From: Sminthopsis crassicaudata | Taxonomy: Eukaryota | Length of the DNA: 64,000 nt | Direction of reading: 5' to 3' | Assembly (NCBI RefSeq): GCF_048593235.1 | Contig: NC_133621.1 | Location: 27,777,254-27,841,253, forward strand | Shown here: positions 25,783 through 38,829 of the stretch, piece by piece | Layout: each line of letters begins with the position of its first letter | Numbering within the stretch: the first letter of the stretch is position 1 | Translations under genes and position numbers: made by a program | Notes under the pieces: generated by a model | Databases searched by the model: none | Seen by the model: the letters and a program-made list of their open reading frames with translations, nothing else | What the model was told of the DNA's origin: nothing

Positions 25783-28700
25783 TTGGAGAGGGGGGGGGGG
25801 GGGAAACAAACAAAAAATTCTAGGCTGCAAACTTTAAGACGCAGTGTTGAAATTTAACAATTCAATTTTGAAATAAGTTCTGCAAGTCATCAGGAGAAAG
25901 ACTTTCAAATGCAGAGGGAAAAACATTCCAAATACTGCAAAACTGTTCTTCACTCAATAAAGGAAGGAGGGAATGGAATAATGTGCTCCACAGAGCACTA
26001 GAGCTCGGGATGCAGCACAGGGTGACCTAGCCTATAAATCTGAGCTTAACTATATAGGACAAAAGACGGTAATAAAGAAGAGTCTGAAACATTTTTATAA
26101 GGAAAGCCAGAATAGGAGAGAATGGCTTTTCAAACAACCCAAACAAAAGCAATGCAAGAGAAATGAATAAATGCAGCAGCGGGCAAGGACAGCAATAACA
26201 GCAGAGACGCAGTCCCACAAGGGCTAGCAATGAGGGAAGGGTGACCTCCATGATCTCAAAAAGAGCCTAGCGGGGAGTGAGTCAGGAGAGATGTTTGGTG
26301 AAGGGAGATGAAGACCCTATTCCCCTGGTGGACTGGGTGCTCAGAAAAAAATCCAGACCTTCCATTGGTAATAACATCTAAGGGAAGGAGAGCTTTTCTA
26401 GACAAATGTGTGGGAGGAAGTCAACAAGAGAGAGCATAGATCTGTGGTGGGCTACATAATTTTATTTTGTTTCACTTATAAGTGGGGGGAAGGCTACCTT
26501 TTAAGATCTCCTGCCTCTGCAGTGGCAGAAAAAATTGTGCTTTTAAAAATGTTTATGTCAAGGAATCCATTTCTTTCCATGGACATAACTTAAATGGAAA
26601 CACTGATAATCATTTGTCATTTCATTTTGAAATGTCATCAGACCTATATTCTATACAAATGATGTCCTATAGGCATTTCCCCTCCTCCAAAGCAGAATGT
26701 AGGGGAAAAGATGGTCCCCAATTTGACAGTTATCTCAACTCTCCATTTCACTTTGCTTTCTAGTCCATACAAGGCAAGTACTGGGAAGGGGTTTAGAAAT
26801 CTATGATCTGACATTTATCCAATGATCATTTTACTGCAGGGACATTTGTGTTTTTCTCCTCATTTTGTTGTACTCTGACATGCGCTGTGATGAATAAAAA
26901 ACCAAACGTATTCTGTAACCATATCATATGTATTACATTATATATTAAATTTCATATTTATATGTTAAAAAAAAACAAAACAACTGAAATTCTACAACTG
27001 CAAAGGTAAGGGACTCTTGAATTATGTATTAGTGCTGACATCATCAATTATTCTATTATGTAAGAAGTCACATAAGCAGCCATTTAGAGTAAAAGACACC
27101 CTCCTCATTTTTGCCCAGGTTATAATCTACATCACAGAAATGTATGTATATCTATGTGGTATTAAATGAATGAAGAAAATAACTAAAGTGTTACATGTAG
27201 GTCAGTAGATGACTATTTCTACTAGCTTTCTAGCAATTGCATTTTATTCTGTTGCCAGGAAATAGTCAATGAGTCCCCAAAGCCTGTTAAAATTCAAAAA
27301 AATGGTACAGCTCACTTTCTGGATTTGGACTCTATTAAGTTTAGTTACCTGTTACTGTAATTTGCATTTGAAAACCTATAACAACATTATTAAAATGACA
27401 GCTGTGGAAATTAATCCAGAGTTCAAGGTTAGAAGAGCTAGCTTTATTGTCCCTCAACGATCAGAGCTTCTATCAATAAATGTTGGGAATCGTGCAAAGT
27501 AATGGCTGGCAGCCCTTCCCTGAGTATCTGATAACAGGAGTTGCATCCTCCAACCATCTAAAGAGCTCAGGCAGATATTTTAGGGATGTCAACATAATTT
27601 TTCTTTCCAATAGTAAAAAACAGAAGACAAGAGTATGGGGGAAATGACTTACAGACTATAATTCATTGGTGGTACAAGTAACACAACGAAAAATAAAAGC
27701 TCTTCGACACAGCTGCAATAACTTTTTCCTGATGTTTTTGAGCATACACTTGAATTTGAAGGAATGAGATACACTGACACATTAATTTATGTGCTTATGC
27801 TTGTGCTTGATATTCACCAAGGTAGAGAGAGTACTTTCAAAATCGTGGAGAGCCACTCAAATTGTTTGATTTGATGTCATTTTATAAAGCACTTCCCTCA
27901 CTTCCTTCCTTAAATAAGGACTGAAGTAAAGCACACACAGATTATTTCCTCTTCTCAGTTGTCCTATACCTTTTTAGGTTACATTTTGAAGCTAAATTTT
28001 TACACAAAATTGCCTTTCAACACATGATGATGTCCTGTTATATAGAGTAAAATTAACTCATTAACAGTGGAGAAGAGAAGAGAAAGTGTGTTAACTATTT
28101 TGAATTTTACAAAACTAAACAATCAGTATAACAATTTCTAGAGGCCAAAACATAAAAACATGTATTTCTTTTCCACCATAAGCACATTTCCCAAATAGAC
28201 ATTTCCATAAAACACTTTGTGAGACCCAGGAGTTTTTCTAGAAACACTTCTGAAATGGGACACTTCATGGAGGTAAGAGGGAAAGAGAACCTCTAGCTAT
28301 TTATCCCAGGTAGCCAGGAGCTCCAATAGTGTTCCCCTCCCCTTTCCAAGGCAGCAGCACACTTAAAATACAAGAATGAGGCCCTTAGGAATGGAGAGGC
28401 TCAAGTGACAGTTTCGAGGAATCTATTTGTTGGGTGCCTTAATGTAGCAAAGAAAGCTTTAAACTTAAAAGGGCTGGAAGGAGAAACTGCCCCCAAACAT
28501 TCAGGCTGACCACAGAGACAACCAGGTGTGACAGAGGGAAGAACAGCAGCAGCAGAGTTCCAGCAATTCACAGGTGACAAAATGCCCAAGATGAAAGGGC
28601 AGTGAGATAACGCAGGCTACAGAACTCCACACACCAGGGTAGGTGCAATCAACAGCTAGATAATACAGTAAATAAGTATGCTAGAACCAGATTTAGGAAG

Positions 28701-28899
28701 AACCAAGTTCAAATGCTCTGCGAACTTAAAGTGCTATCTAGTCAGTGTTATGATTATTATTATTCTAAACAGAGTGATCTCAATATCTCAATGAAAAGAA
28801 GTATATTTAACATCCAAGTATCATCACTAAGTTTGGTGGCAACATGCTTTAACCAAAACGAAAGGCTAAAAGGGATAGTGAAATAGCATCTCAAAAAGG

Positions 28900-29120
28900 A
28901 AACCTCAGTGACAGAAAGAAGGCAAAAGTACTCAATTCCTATTCTGCCCTTTTCTCTTTCACTAATCTCTGCTGTTTATGATGTGGATTCTGATTCCATC
29001 TACAGGATCTGATCAAGGCATCTGGACTGCGAAATCTGGTAAGTATGCTCTCCATCCAACTGCTTAGCAATTTTTAGGCTATCTACAAACATTGACCTGA
29101 TTGTCAACAGGTTAAATGTG
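28900..29120 (+). mobile_element. L3/CR1 LINE fragment
   Basis: gaaggcaaaagtactcaattcctattctgcc...ttctct is a CR1/L3 ORF2 motif. Confidence 0.45.
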
Positions 29121-29321
29121 ATGTTCTTATCCAATGATCAGTTTGGCCATACTAGTATGAGAACCAGATCAAATCAATCTTAACATTTGTATTCTAAGCA
29201 AAGTCAGAAGACTAAAGGAAGTTGCAGCTCTTGGGAAGGATGGTCCATGAGTTCTCCTTGCAGAGGCAAGTGAAAGTGTTGGTTTGAATCAAATATATAC
29301 AAAGACAACAAAAAGCAGCAT

Positions 29322-29490
29322 GTTGCTGCCATTCAGTAACTTCCAACTCTCTGTGACCCCATTTGGGGTTTTCTTCCCAAAATACTGCAGTGGCTGGCCA
29401 GGCCACTTTACAGATAGGGAGGAACTGAGTTCTTCATAGGGTTAAATAAATCACCCAAAGTCTGGGGAAGCACAGCTATCATTTTCTTTT
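29322..29490 (-). mobile_element. MAR1-type SINE fragment
   Basis: actctctgtgaccccatttggggttttcttcccaaaatactgcagtgg...tttacagatagggaggaactgag. Confidence 0.8.
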
Positions 29491-30569
29491 GATGTCACAT
29501 ACACTGTGGTATTAATGATACCCATTTAGTTTGCTGGTCGACTATATTTATAAGGCAAGTAAAATGTCTTGACCTCATCTGATCTTTACAACAACCCAGT
29601 AAAGTAGATAATATTATCATCATTTTATAGATAAGAAAAATGAGGCTGGGAGTCTTTGAGAAGGAGGCAGGTAAATATGGAGGTAGGATTTGAATCCAGG
29701 TTTCCTGTTAACAAATTCAGGCTTGCTATTGAGAAACATCATCAAGATAACTGCAGCTGAAGTGTCCACTTTTGTGGCAGAGAATTAATAGAAGAAAATC
29801 TACAAAGATCTTGATAAGATTTTCTTTTCTTGATTAAGGAAGAATAATCTTTGGATGGGAGAAAGAAGAAACAGAAATAATTAAGAAGGAATTAGAATCC
29901 AAGACAAATGAAGCATTGGCAAGAAAGCATCCTAGCTTATCAAACTCTCTGGCATAGCTTCAAGATATCCAATTGTATTAAGAAAACTCAAAAGATGAGA
30001 TTGCCAAACTAGGATCAATCATCATTAAAAAAAAAAAAAAAACACATCAAAAAATTTTAATTTTTTAAAAGTTAAGAGAGATAAACTTCTTTTACAAGGG
30101 TACTGAGAATTAGGGAGGTGCCCTGAAAATACATGTGTAGAAAGGCTGTCCAAACCAATTTTGCAAAAAAGCAGATACTCCAAACTTCAAGATATTCAGC
30201 ATAACTTTAAGTCCTATTTCTCAACTAATCCATTTATCAACCTCTTTGATCAAACAAATTGTTTTGCTTAAGATCTTGGCTTATTTCCCACAGTTCTACC
30301 CTCAGTTTTGTAAATATAAAAAGCTTGGAGATAACACTAGCAAATGTTGAACTCCACTGTCTCAATACAGCTTTAACAGGCTAAATAGAAATAAAATTAA
30401 GACTTTTGCTTCTTTCCTCTTCTTAGATGATAAAACTATTTTTAAAAACTTTCTTCTAGGATATAAAATTACCAATGAAAAAATTATTTCCTTTATTAAA
30501 AAAAATCTTTATAAAATTAAATATATTGTCCTTACATCCCAAAGCAGCTGAAGCAGAGGGAGAAAACCA

Positions 30570-30900
30570 CCTTCGCCATTGTCCCTCTCTCATGCCCTTG
30601 TATCCCTGCTACAACTTCTTATGATCCTCCCCAACAGCCTTCTTCCTTACATTTTCTTTCTCTTTGACAGCTGATGAAGGGAGAGAGGTGGCTGTGGGAG
30701 CAGCTGGTACCTACACCTCAAATATGTTCATTATCTCTGCTGGGTGATTGCTCTATTCTTGAAAAAACCTATCCAATCATCACCCAATATTTCCCACAAT
30801 CACTGGCCTTTAATGCCATGGCTGCTTTTTTCTCATATTCTAGACTTTCCAGTTTTCACAGCCATAATTTAACACTAAAAACTGTGTTTGATCCTAACAC
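30570..30900 (+). mobile_element. L2 LINE fragment
   Basis: Pyrimidine-rich degenerate L2 ORF2 region (...ttctctttgacagctg..., ...tttccagttttcacagcc). Confidence 0.5.
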
Positions 30901-31379
30901 TGTACATAGAAATCTATCATGTGCTAGATAATAGAAAGTGTGGAAGACCAGGAGCAGAAGACAGAGTTTTGAAGAACTGCCCCTAACCAGTAATGTGATT
31001 TCTTATCTATGGAAGTCATTCAAACTTTTTGAGCCTCAATTTCCTGCTCTTAAAATGGAGGTTCTCTATTGCTTTGAGAAAATGTATGAACCATTCAGCC
31101 TGGTATTTAAAGTTCAGAGCTCCACTAGACTCACTCTCAATTTTCTGGGATATTTATTTTGGTCCAACTGGAGAGTTCCCTGGCCCATGATATTTTTTTC
31201 CCTACCTAAATGTTCAACAATGAAATTTTACCTGCAGTAGACAAGATCTTGTCATCCAAATGATGCTATCGCCTTTGTTTTTTGGGGTTTTTTAATTGTT
31301 TGTCTTTTTACCCTGAATCCCCAGCAAGCTAAATATCATCAGCTGAGAAAGACTGTGGCCTTGTTTCTTGCCAGTGGCC

Positions 31380-31396
31380 ACAATGAACCACATTGT
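31380..31396. promoter_or_regulatory. Candidate SOXE dimer binding site
   Basis: ACAATG-aacca-CATTGT, a perfect inverted SOX pair with a 5-bp spacer, in repeat-free sequence. Confidence 0.45.
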
Positions 31397-32554
31397 TGTC
31401 TGTCTATGTGCTTTGATAAATTATGACCTTGCTGGTGTGGAAACTTTAGATGAGCAGCAGCGGGTCGCACACAGCAAACCCTCTTCAGGTTTTTTGTACT
31501 CTGCTTATTTTTAAGAGGGATTTCAGACTGTAGCTGTTGACAGTAATAGAATCATATGGTGGCCAAAAAATGCATTGTCTGGACTTGCTCTTGATAAATG
31601 AAATTCACCCCATGCTTGAGGGACATGAATCTTTCTGGGTAGCAATGTGAGAATAAGACTCAATTAATATATTTATTCCAACTTGCACAGCTTGATATCT
31701 GAGAACCACAGAGAATAAATGAGAATTAGATGTTCCAAATGCAGCACATTTTAAAAGTAGATAAATATGGGAGAAATAAATATAATCTCTGTTTTTAGGG
31801 AAATAGAATTTCATTCAATGGTTTTAAATGTACTAGAGTCTGATGTTCACTCAAAAAGCAAACATTATAAACAAATATTTAATAAATGTTTGAAGAGAAA
31901 ATACCCTAGGGAAGTTAGAAGAGTGTATTTTCAGTTTTCTACTATAGTTACAAATGTCTAAAAATGGCCCCCACAACCAATGCATTCTAACCCTAAACTT
32001 GTGCTGCTCCCTGACTTACATTCAAGAGTCTGAGTCTGTGTAACTAGCCCTGAGACTGACCTACCTTTCCTAAGCCAGCTGGGGTCTCCAGGGTCAGCAA
32101 AGACTTCTTCCCCTCTTCTCAAGCTCCCAGTCTGCTCTTTCTCTCTGTTTTTTTTTTTTTTTTACCTCCACCTTAACACAATTTAAGCTTTCATTGGGAT
32201 AGAGAGTCTATCCTACCCCTGCCAAGTTAATACAGATGCTGTTCTCATATCCAAGTGTGTAATGGAGTAAGATATGTTTCTGATATCCCAACTTGGCATA
32301 CTGTTTCTTTGGAAAAGTTCATTTGTTATATTATTGTTACTGTTACTTTATTGTTAACTTTATTCATCCATCTTATATTTCTTAAGCATCATGCCAGGGA
32401 GTTCATCTATTGATTTAAAGCTTACAAAACGCTTTACATACATTATCTCATTTAATATTTTATTTAATTTCATTTAATCATGACAATGACCCCATGAGAC
32501 AGTATTTTTATTCGTGTTTTATACAAGAGAGAAAGTAGTTAGAACACTCTTAAA

Positions 32555-32886
32555 GTAGTGTAGGTGAGAGATGATAAAGCCCTAGACTAGGATTGTGGCT
32601 ATCTGAGTAGAAAGAATAAAAGATGCTCTGAAAGTAGGGGAAAAAAAGCCCAAGCTTCTGCAATGGATTGGATATTGTGGTGAGCTGGAGCTAAGATCAA
32701 AGTTGCAGGCAAGACTGGTTGAATAGGAAGATGATTCCTTTTCAAGTAACAAAGGAGCAGAAGAGGGGTGGGGGTGGAAAAGATAATGAATTCTGTTTTG
32801 GATATGTTGAGTTAGAAGTCCACTAGACATCCAGCTGGACATATACAAGAGACATTTAAGCTTGGCAGAGAGATTAGGGATGGAGG

Positions 32887-32931
<45 letters not shown>

Positions 32932-33045
32932 CACGCGCGCGCAGAGGGAGAAGGAGAGAGACAGTGACAAACAATAGGAATCATCTATCCAGATGTTAGT
33001 AAGTTGGAGATTCCCTATGGGGATGATGATCCTTCAGGAAGACAT
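32555..33045 (-). mobile_element. L2 LINE fragment interrupted by a (GT)n/(GC)n tract
   Basis: gatgataaagccctagactagg...gaattctgttttggatatgttgagttagaagtccactagacatccagctgga. Confidence 0.75.
32889..32943. repeat. (GT)17 followed by a (GC)-rich alternating tract
   Basis: gtgt...gtgcgcgcgtgcacgcgcgcgca. Confidence 0.99.
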
Positions 33046-33589
33046 GCCCAAAGTGATCTTTTTCTTTCTTATTTCTACAGTATCTCTTATTTTTCTATCC
33101 CTAAAAGTGTGATAACATTCTCTAATTCTGCTTAACGAATACATTAAAAAGCTGTGTTGTTCATTAACAGCTCTTTCTTGAATGGAGGAATAAAAGTAGC
33201 CATTCCTTCAAGTCAGCCTAAAGCAAAACTCTACTTTATGGGTGCCCCTTACTATCCAATGCTATATTTTCACCTAGAAACCTAAGTGACGGAGGTATGC
33301 CTATCGCCATTTTTCTAATTCAAACTGTAGATCCATGAAGACTATATCCAAAAGCTAGTCTCCAGAGCTCTTGATGCAAGCAGGTCTCTTGTGCTAAGTA
33401 CATACTGCTACAGAACTGAGGAATATCCAAATTGGGGCAACTTAAGGAAGAGTTACACGATAACCAACAAATAACACAAAACATCACATACTTGGTGTGT
33501 GTGTGGGGGGAAAGGCCACTAATAATTTGGCTGCTTTCCTAGGCCAAATTCACTTTGCTATCTGAAATAAAAATATAGTTCAATATAAT

Positions 33590-33990
33590 AAGCGAAAATG
33601 GCCTGATATGCTGTAGTTGTATTGTAATTGTTAAATAACATGCCAGTAATAGCAATGGAGTATCAAGGATGAATAATATCCAGCTACCTGATGACATCAA
33701 AATTATCTGGTTAGTGTCGGATAAGAGATGAGTTTAGAATATATAGACATATGCACAGACACATTCTGAGAATACCTGAATCTACCTAGACTAAAAAAGG
33801 GAGAACTGTTTATACAATACATGGTGGAAAGGCTAAAAGTTTTGATAACCTTTAAATCTAATTCCAGAAGCCATTTCCTCATCTATTGGTCTCCTTGCTT
33901 CCTTAGCAAACTATTTAACTATGAAGTCCAGAAGCTGAGGTGTCTTCTTAGGAGAATGACAGGACTGGCTACTGCTCTGATCCACAACAG
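33590..33990 (+). mobile_element. L3/CR1 LINE RT fragment
   Basis: ...cagctacctgatgacatcaaaattatctgg.. is a degenerate YADD-type region, followed by gaagtccagaagctgaggtgtc..ggagaatgacaggactgg. Confidence 0.55.
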
Positions 33991-34959
33991 GGGAATGCCC
34001 CTCACATTCTCACCTCATTTCCCTACTCAATGTTGATCCTCAAGATCAATCAGGTATGATGATCCTCATTCTTACAGTTGAGGATCTGAAGTTTGCAGGA
34101 GGAAGGAACAGAGAACACTGAAAGCTGGAGGAGATCCCAACCTCACAAGCTGTGGAACACATCGATGAACCAGCCTCTCTGCTCAAGAACTGAACGCTTT
34201 ATTCTGTCAGGTCTCAAAATATCCACAGCTGGAGGAGTAGTGCAACTGGGAAAAGCCTCCTGTGTGTAGTCTGTAAGCTATTTGAGAGCAGGGACAACCT
34301 AGGCTCACCTCTGCGTTCCCACTGGGGAACATAGTAAGCTTTTTCTTTCCTTAATTCTTTCACACACACAAGCACAGTAAGTATTAAATTTACAAGATGC
34401 TACTCCCAGGTTTTCTACATTTGAAGATGTGAATAGGTATGTCTTATTTTATTATTATTAAGTTTCCTTATGTTATTATTTTTATTATTATTGCCTCATC
34501 ATTATTATTATTATTATTAAATTTCCTTCCACTTCTCCACTACCATCACTGGTATGCTGCCTTTTGCTATTTTAATTCCTTCTTCATCAAATATGCACTG
34601 AATCCTACTTTGCACATGGCACTCAGACATGAGATATAAAGGTCCATCAAACGTAATCCTGGATCTAGAGGAATTACTTGTTGGTGCTTTCTCCACAAAG
34701 GGTGTCAAGTCCAGGATGGAGAAACAATTCCCACCTAGCTGTGTAGCTGTCAGTGGCCCATGGCGAGAAGTCCCGGCCTGGAACGAAACAAACACGTGTT
34801 GTTGAGGAGAGCCCTGGGCCACGTGCAGCTCCGTCTCCAGGTTTCAAGGGCCCTTCTTTGCTCTTGGGATGCCCCTTTTACTTCAGGACTCAGCTCGGGG
34901 ACCTTCATGATCAAAGCTTCTTGCTCTTCTCTCCCCCCTCAGCTGTCCTCTCCTTCGGG

Positions 34960-35125
34960 CACCAGGGTCAAACTGCTCTTTTGTATGTACTTGTATGTGG
35001 ACTGTTTTTTTTCCCTCTATAACACAATCTTTTTGAGAATAAGGAGTATTTCAGCTTTGTTTCTGGATCCCTAGCACTCAGCACAATTCTTGGCACATGG
35101 GCACTTGATGCTTGTTAACTGACAG
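34960..35125 (+). mobile_element. L2 3' end
   Basis: ttttgagaataaggagtatttcagctttgtttctggatccctagcactcagcacaattcttggcacatgggcacttgatgcttgtt. Confidence 0.7.
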
Positions 35126-36100
35126 AAATACCTACTGCACACAAGACACCATTGAGTCACAAGGAACTTAAAGATGCAGGATAAAGATCTTATTCTTAAA
35201 GGAGCCTGAAAGGGAATAGGAGAGCCAGACATGTAATCAAATGGCCGTTCAGCAACCTGGGTGTCAGGTCTGAATCCCATCATCTCATGCAGCATGATGA
35301 AGGCGCCGAGGGAAGTACAGAGAAAAGGCCAGCCAAAGATCCAGGAGATTTCTGAGAAGGGGGAATCCTCAGTGGTTGGGAGAACCTTTGTGTTTTTCAA
35401 AGATGACTCCTTTTAATCTCCTCAAAATATATTCACCAAAATATGAGTTTCCAAAATTGCCTAAAAGTGTGTAAAGTCTCTTCTGTTATTGGCATTACAA
35501 ATTTTATTTGCAAGAAGCTGGATTTAATTTAGGGATATACTTTTATTCCACATTCGAGTCAAAACATTTAAGGAAGTGAGTATTTTGGAAAGGTTTTCCC
35601 CACCTTTCCGGTGTCACCTATTTGCATAAAATAAGCTCTAAAGCATTTCAGAGCTACCAGATGGCATTCATTCCACCTCTACAATATAATCATTTATCCA
35701 AGCAAAACTTCAATTATTTCTTTATGGCCGTTCGGCATAAATGACAATTAAAATTAGACATCCAGTGATCATTAAAAGCCAAAGCTAAGCATGTATTTTT
35801 AAATGCTCACAAGCATCATCTCACCAAGCAGCTGCTCGGCCATCACCACCACAGCACGGTATTTACCAATCATCTCTGTGTGTTTTCTTCTTTGAAGCAT
35901 TGTTCTAATAGTCCGCTACAATAAACAAACCTTGTGTGCTTAATTAGGCCGCCGCACAATCAAGAAGAAGTTGGCCCTCTTCCATTGTGACTGTGTAAAA
36001 TCTTCATTAAGGCAGCTAAAGCCATACCCGACTCCCACAAAGCTTGCACCATGGACCAAGGGGGCGGATGAAAAAAGAGTCATCACCCCTAAGGAAAAGA

Positions 36101-36102
<2 letters not shown>

Positions 36103-36151
<49 letters not shown>

Positions 36152-36298
36152 CACACACACACACACTCAGACACACTCACAGGCACACACATTCACAGAT
36201 ACACACACACACATTCACAGATACACACAGAACAGACTCAGACACACATTCACAGATACACACACACACTCACAGACACATGCATACAGATGGCACAC
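36103..36298. repeat. (AC)n microsatellite grading into a degenerate CA-rich tandem repeat
   Basis: About 32 AC units, then repeated acacacattcacagatacacac variants. Confidence 0.97.
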
Positions 36299-38829
36299 AA
36301 AGAAAGAATCAGGGAAGAGAAAGCAGGACCAAGAGAGCCAACACACCATGACCACAGTAAGAAGAAAGAAAACATGCACAAAAAGACCCCCAAGGATTGC
36401 AGGAGAGTAAGGCACGGCCTTGCCCTCCCAGGTCTCCAGGTGCCTCCTCCTCCCTCCCGACAGAGCTGTAGACGGCTGGGGAAGGTGAGCTGTCAGTCAG
36501 TCAGGCTTCAGAGATTTTGGCTTATCTGCTTTCCTTTGTTACAAAGGGAGGGTCTGTTAGGGAGATGACTAGAAATGGGGAATAACAGGTAATGGAAAAA
36601 AGCAAGAATTAACTTTTAAAAGCACACAAATACAAGGACAAATACAAATTCTGCTCTTATTTCGACAATAGAGAAGGGTTGTTTAGTCTTTCTATTAAAA
36701 TTTCTGCATCTACACTTATTACGTGCCCATTTATCAGAGTATTTGAAGAAGTTCAATTTAAAATACTGTGTTTTCTTGGGACATTTCTACCTGGTTCTTT
36801 TCCAAACAGAAAACACCAGATGACATCTTTCTAAAGTCACATTTAACTAACGAAGCAGCAAGACTCCAGGCCACCATCAACATCAGCCATCATGACTGTG
36901 CCCGAGAGATGCCCAGGAAAGGCTGCGGGAGTAACTCCTGCAGCAGTGCCTTGTTCAAGTGCAAGCAAGCAAGGTCTCAAGGGTGGCAGCAAGGGAACAA
37001 AACTGCTGCCTGGCTTTGAAATGAAGACATTTGGAAGAGAAGAATAGCAGTCTGGCAGAATTTTAATGAGGAGAGGCCTGAGGAAGGTTGTGGACAGCAA
37101 ATTTCAGATTAACAAACTCCACCAAGAGAATGTGGCAGCTACCGTCCAATCTCGCAGCGCAAATGTTCCAAGCGATCTCAACATTAAAAAGGAACTATAT
37201 TTTAAGTAAGTAAAATAAGGGGTCGTGGAAAATGCTTCCAAATGCAGCACACAGTGTATAAATTTCCCTTTCCCCATGGTTACATGACCTTGTTTGTGAT
37301 CCAAGAGCAGCAAATGATATGTCAGGACAACTTAGACAAACCATGTACAAAAGAGAGAAAGTGTCAGGTGGGGGACAAGGTTTGGAGGGACGGGCCCTGG
37401 GTGAAGTCACACCTCTGACCTGTCCTGGCTCTGGAACCTTGGGGAAGGAAGGCTCCACAGCAGCTCCAGATGAGCTTCTAGCACCTTCCCAGCCAGCCCC
37501 CACCCACTTCTCTAGGTTCATTATAAATGACTCCCCTCTTGGCCCTCTTTGACTCAAACCCAAGGTCTTGCTGTTCCCTCGGCACGAGCAGCTTTCTTTG
37601 GTCTCCAGGCCTTTGGGCGAGTGGTCTCTCTTGGTCAGAACACCTCCCTTCATTCTCTCTTCTCCCTGGGGCTCTCTGGCCTCCTTCACAGCTCGGCTCA
37701 GCTCCCTTTGTAGCACAAGGTTCTCCCCTCTCCCCCAACTAAGGAATCAGTGGTATAGGGCAGCAGTGGGCAGGGAACTGGGGGTCAGCAAGCCCTGGGT
37801 TCAAGGTCTGCCCCAACATACCCTGGCAAAGGAATGGTGCAAAAAAAAAAATAAATAACAGGTAGAGATTTATTGATCAAAATGGGGGAGGGGGTATGTA
37901 CAATATAGATGCTCTGAAACTTGCCACGAAGGCCTCGGAGCTGGCTCCTGACCATTCCTTCGACACGCCCTTGTTAAGGATGCCTCTCCTCAGTAGTCAC
38001 TGGCATCTGAGGTAAAACCAGCTGTGAAAATGGCCAAGGAATGTAGACATTCTCACTGGCTTATCTCCTCAATTTGAGAGTATCTGAATACGGCAGAATG
38101 GGGGCAAGTAGCCGGGCTGGGGCTCAGCAGAAGCCTGGGCTACGAGGCAGCTTCACTTCTTCTCCCCATGACAATTAACCTCGATGGCAGTCTGCAAAGT
38201 GCTCTTCCACACTGGCAGCAGAATAAAACCTTCAGCACCGTCATGCAAAGGCCTGACTGGGAGTTGTTGCATCTGTGAGACGAGTATCCCAAGAGGAGAT
38301 AGCGTGGGCTGGGGAGGGAGAGTGGAGGGGACACTGCAAACTCTCAGCCGGGCCCCCACCAAGTGCCCTGGAGGGCTGCCCATGCCAGGGCTCCCTGAAT
38401 GGCTATCCCTGCCAGCCCCCCACCACGCGCCCCGGATAGCTGTCCATCCCAGGCCAGGGGAGAGAAGGGTGTGGGTTACCAAGACCTCTCCCGGGGAGCC
38501 GCTGGAGGCAAGCCCGGAATCTTAGGTGAAACGCCTGTCAGCGCCGTGATCCACGAGGCTGCGCAATTATCCAAGCGATAAAGGGCTGGGGTAAGCAGAG
38601 GCTAAAACAAATTCAGGTGCAGAACAAACAGGGCAAGGCAACAGCTTTGCAAGATTGAGCTGAGTAAGAGCAGTGTCAGGGGAGGTGGGGCCGGGAGCAG
38701 TCTGCACCTGCAAAATGTCACCTGGAAGAACTGAGAAGGCGAAGGAAAGGATTCTGGGTAGCCAAGACACACACACCTCCCCTCCCTGCTACTTTTGCCC
38801 TGCCCATCAGAGGAAATGGGTTGCAGACA

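Noticed and set aside
35071-35400. ORF with a hydrophobic segment (EISWIFGWPFLCTSLGAFIML)
   Set aside because: Its C-terminal part runs into an L2 3' end, there is no convincing donor, and I do not recognise a protein family.
36044-36568. 174-aa ORF rich in HT repeats
   Set aside because: It is the translation of the (AC)n microsatellite. The same applies to the ORFs at 32582, 35940, 35971, 60527 and 60550.
37195-37716. 173-aa minus-strand ORF
   Set aside because: A GC-rich, stop-poor stretch with overlapping ORFs in several frames, no recognisable domain and no supporting splice structure.
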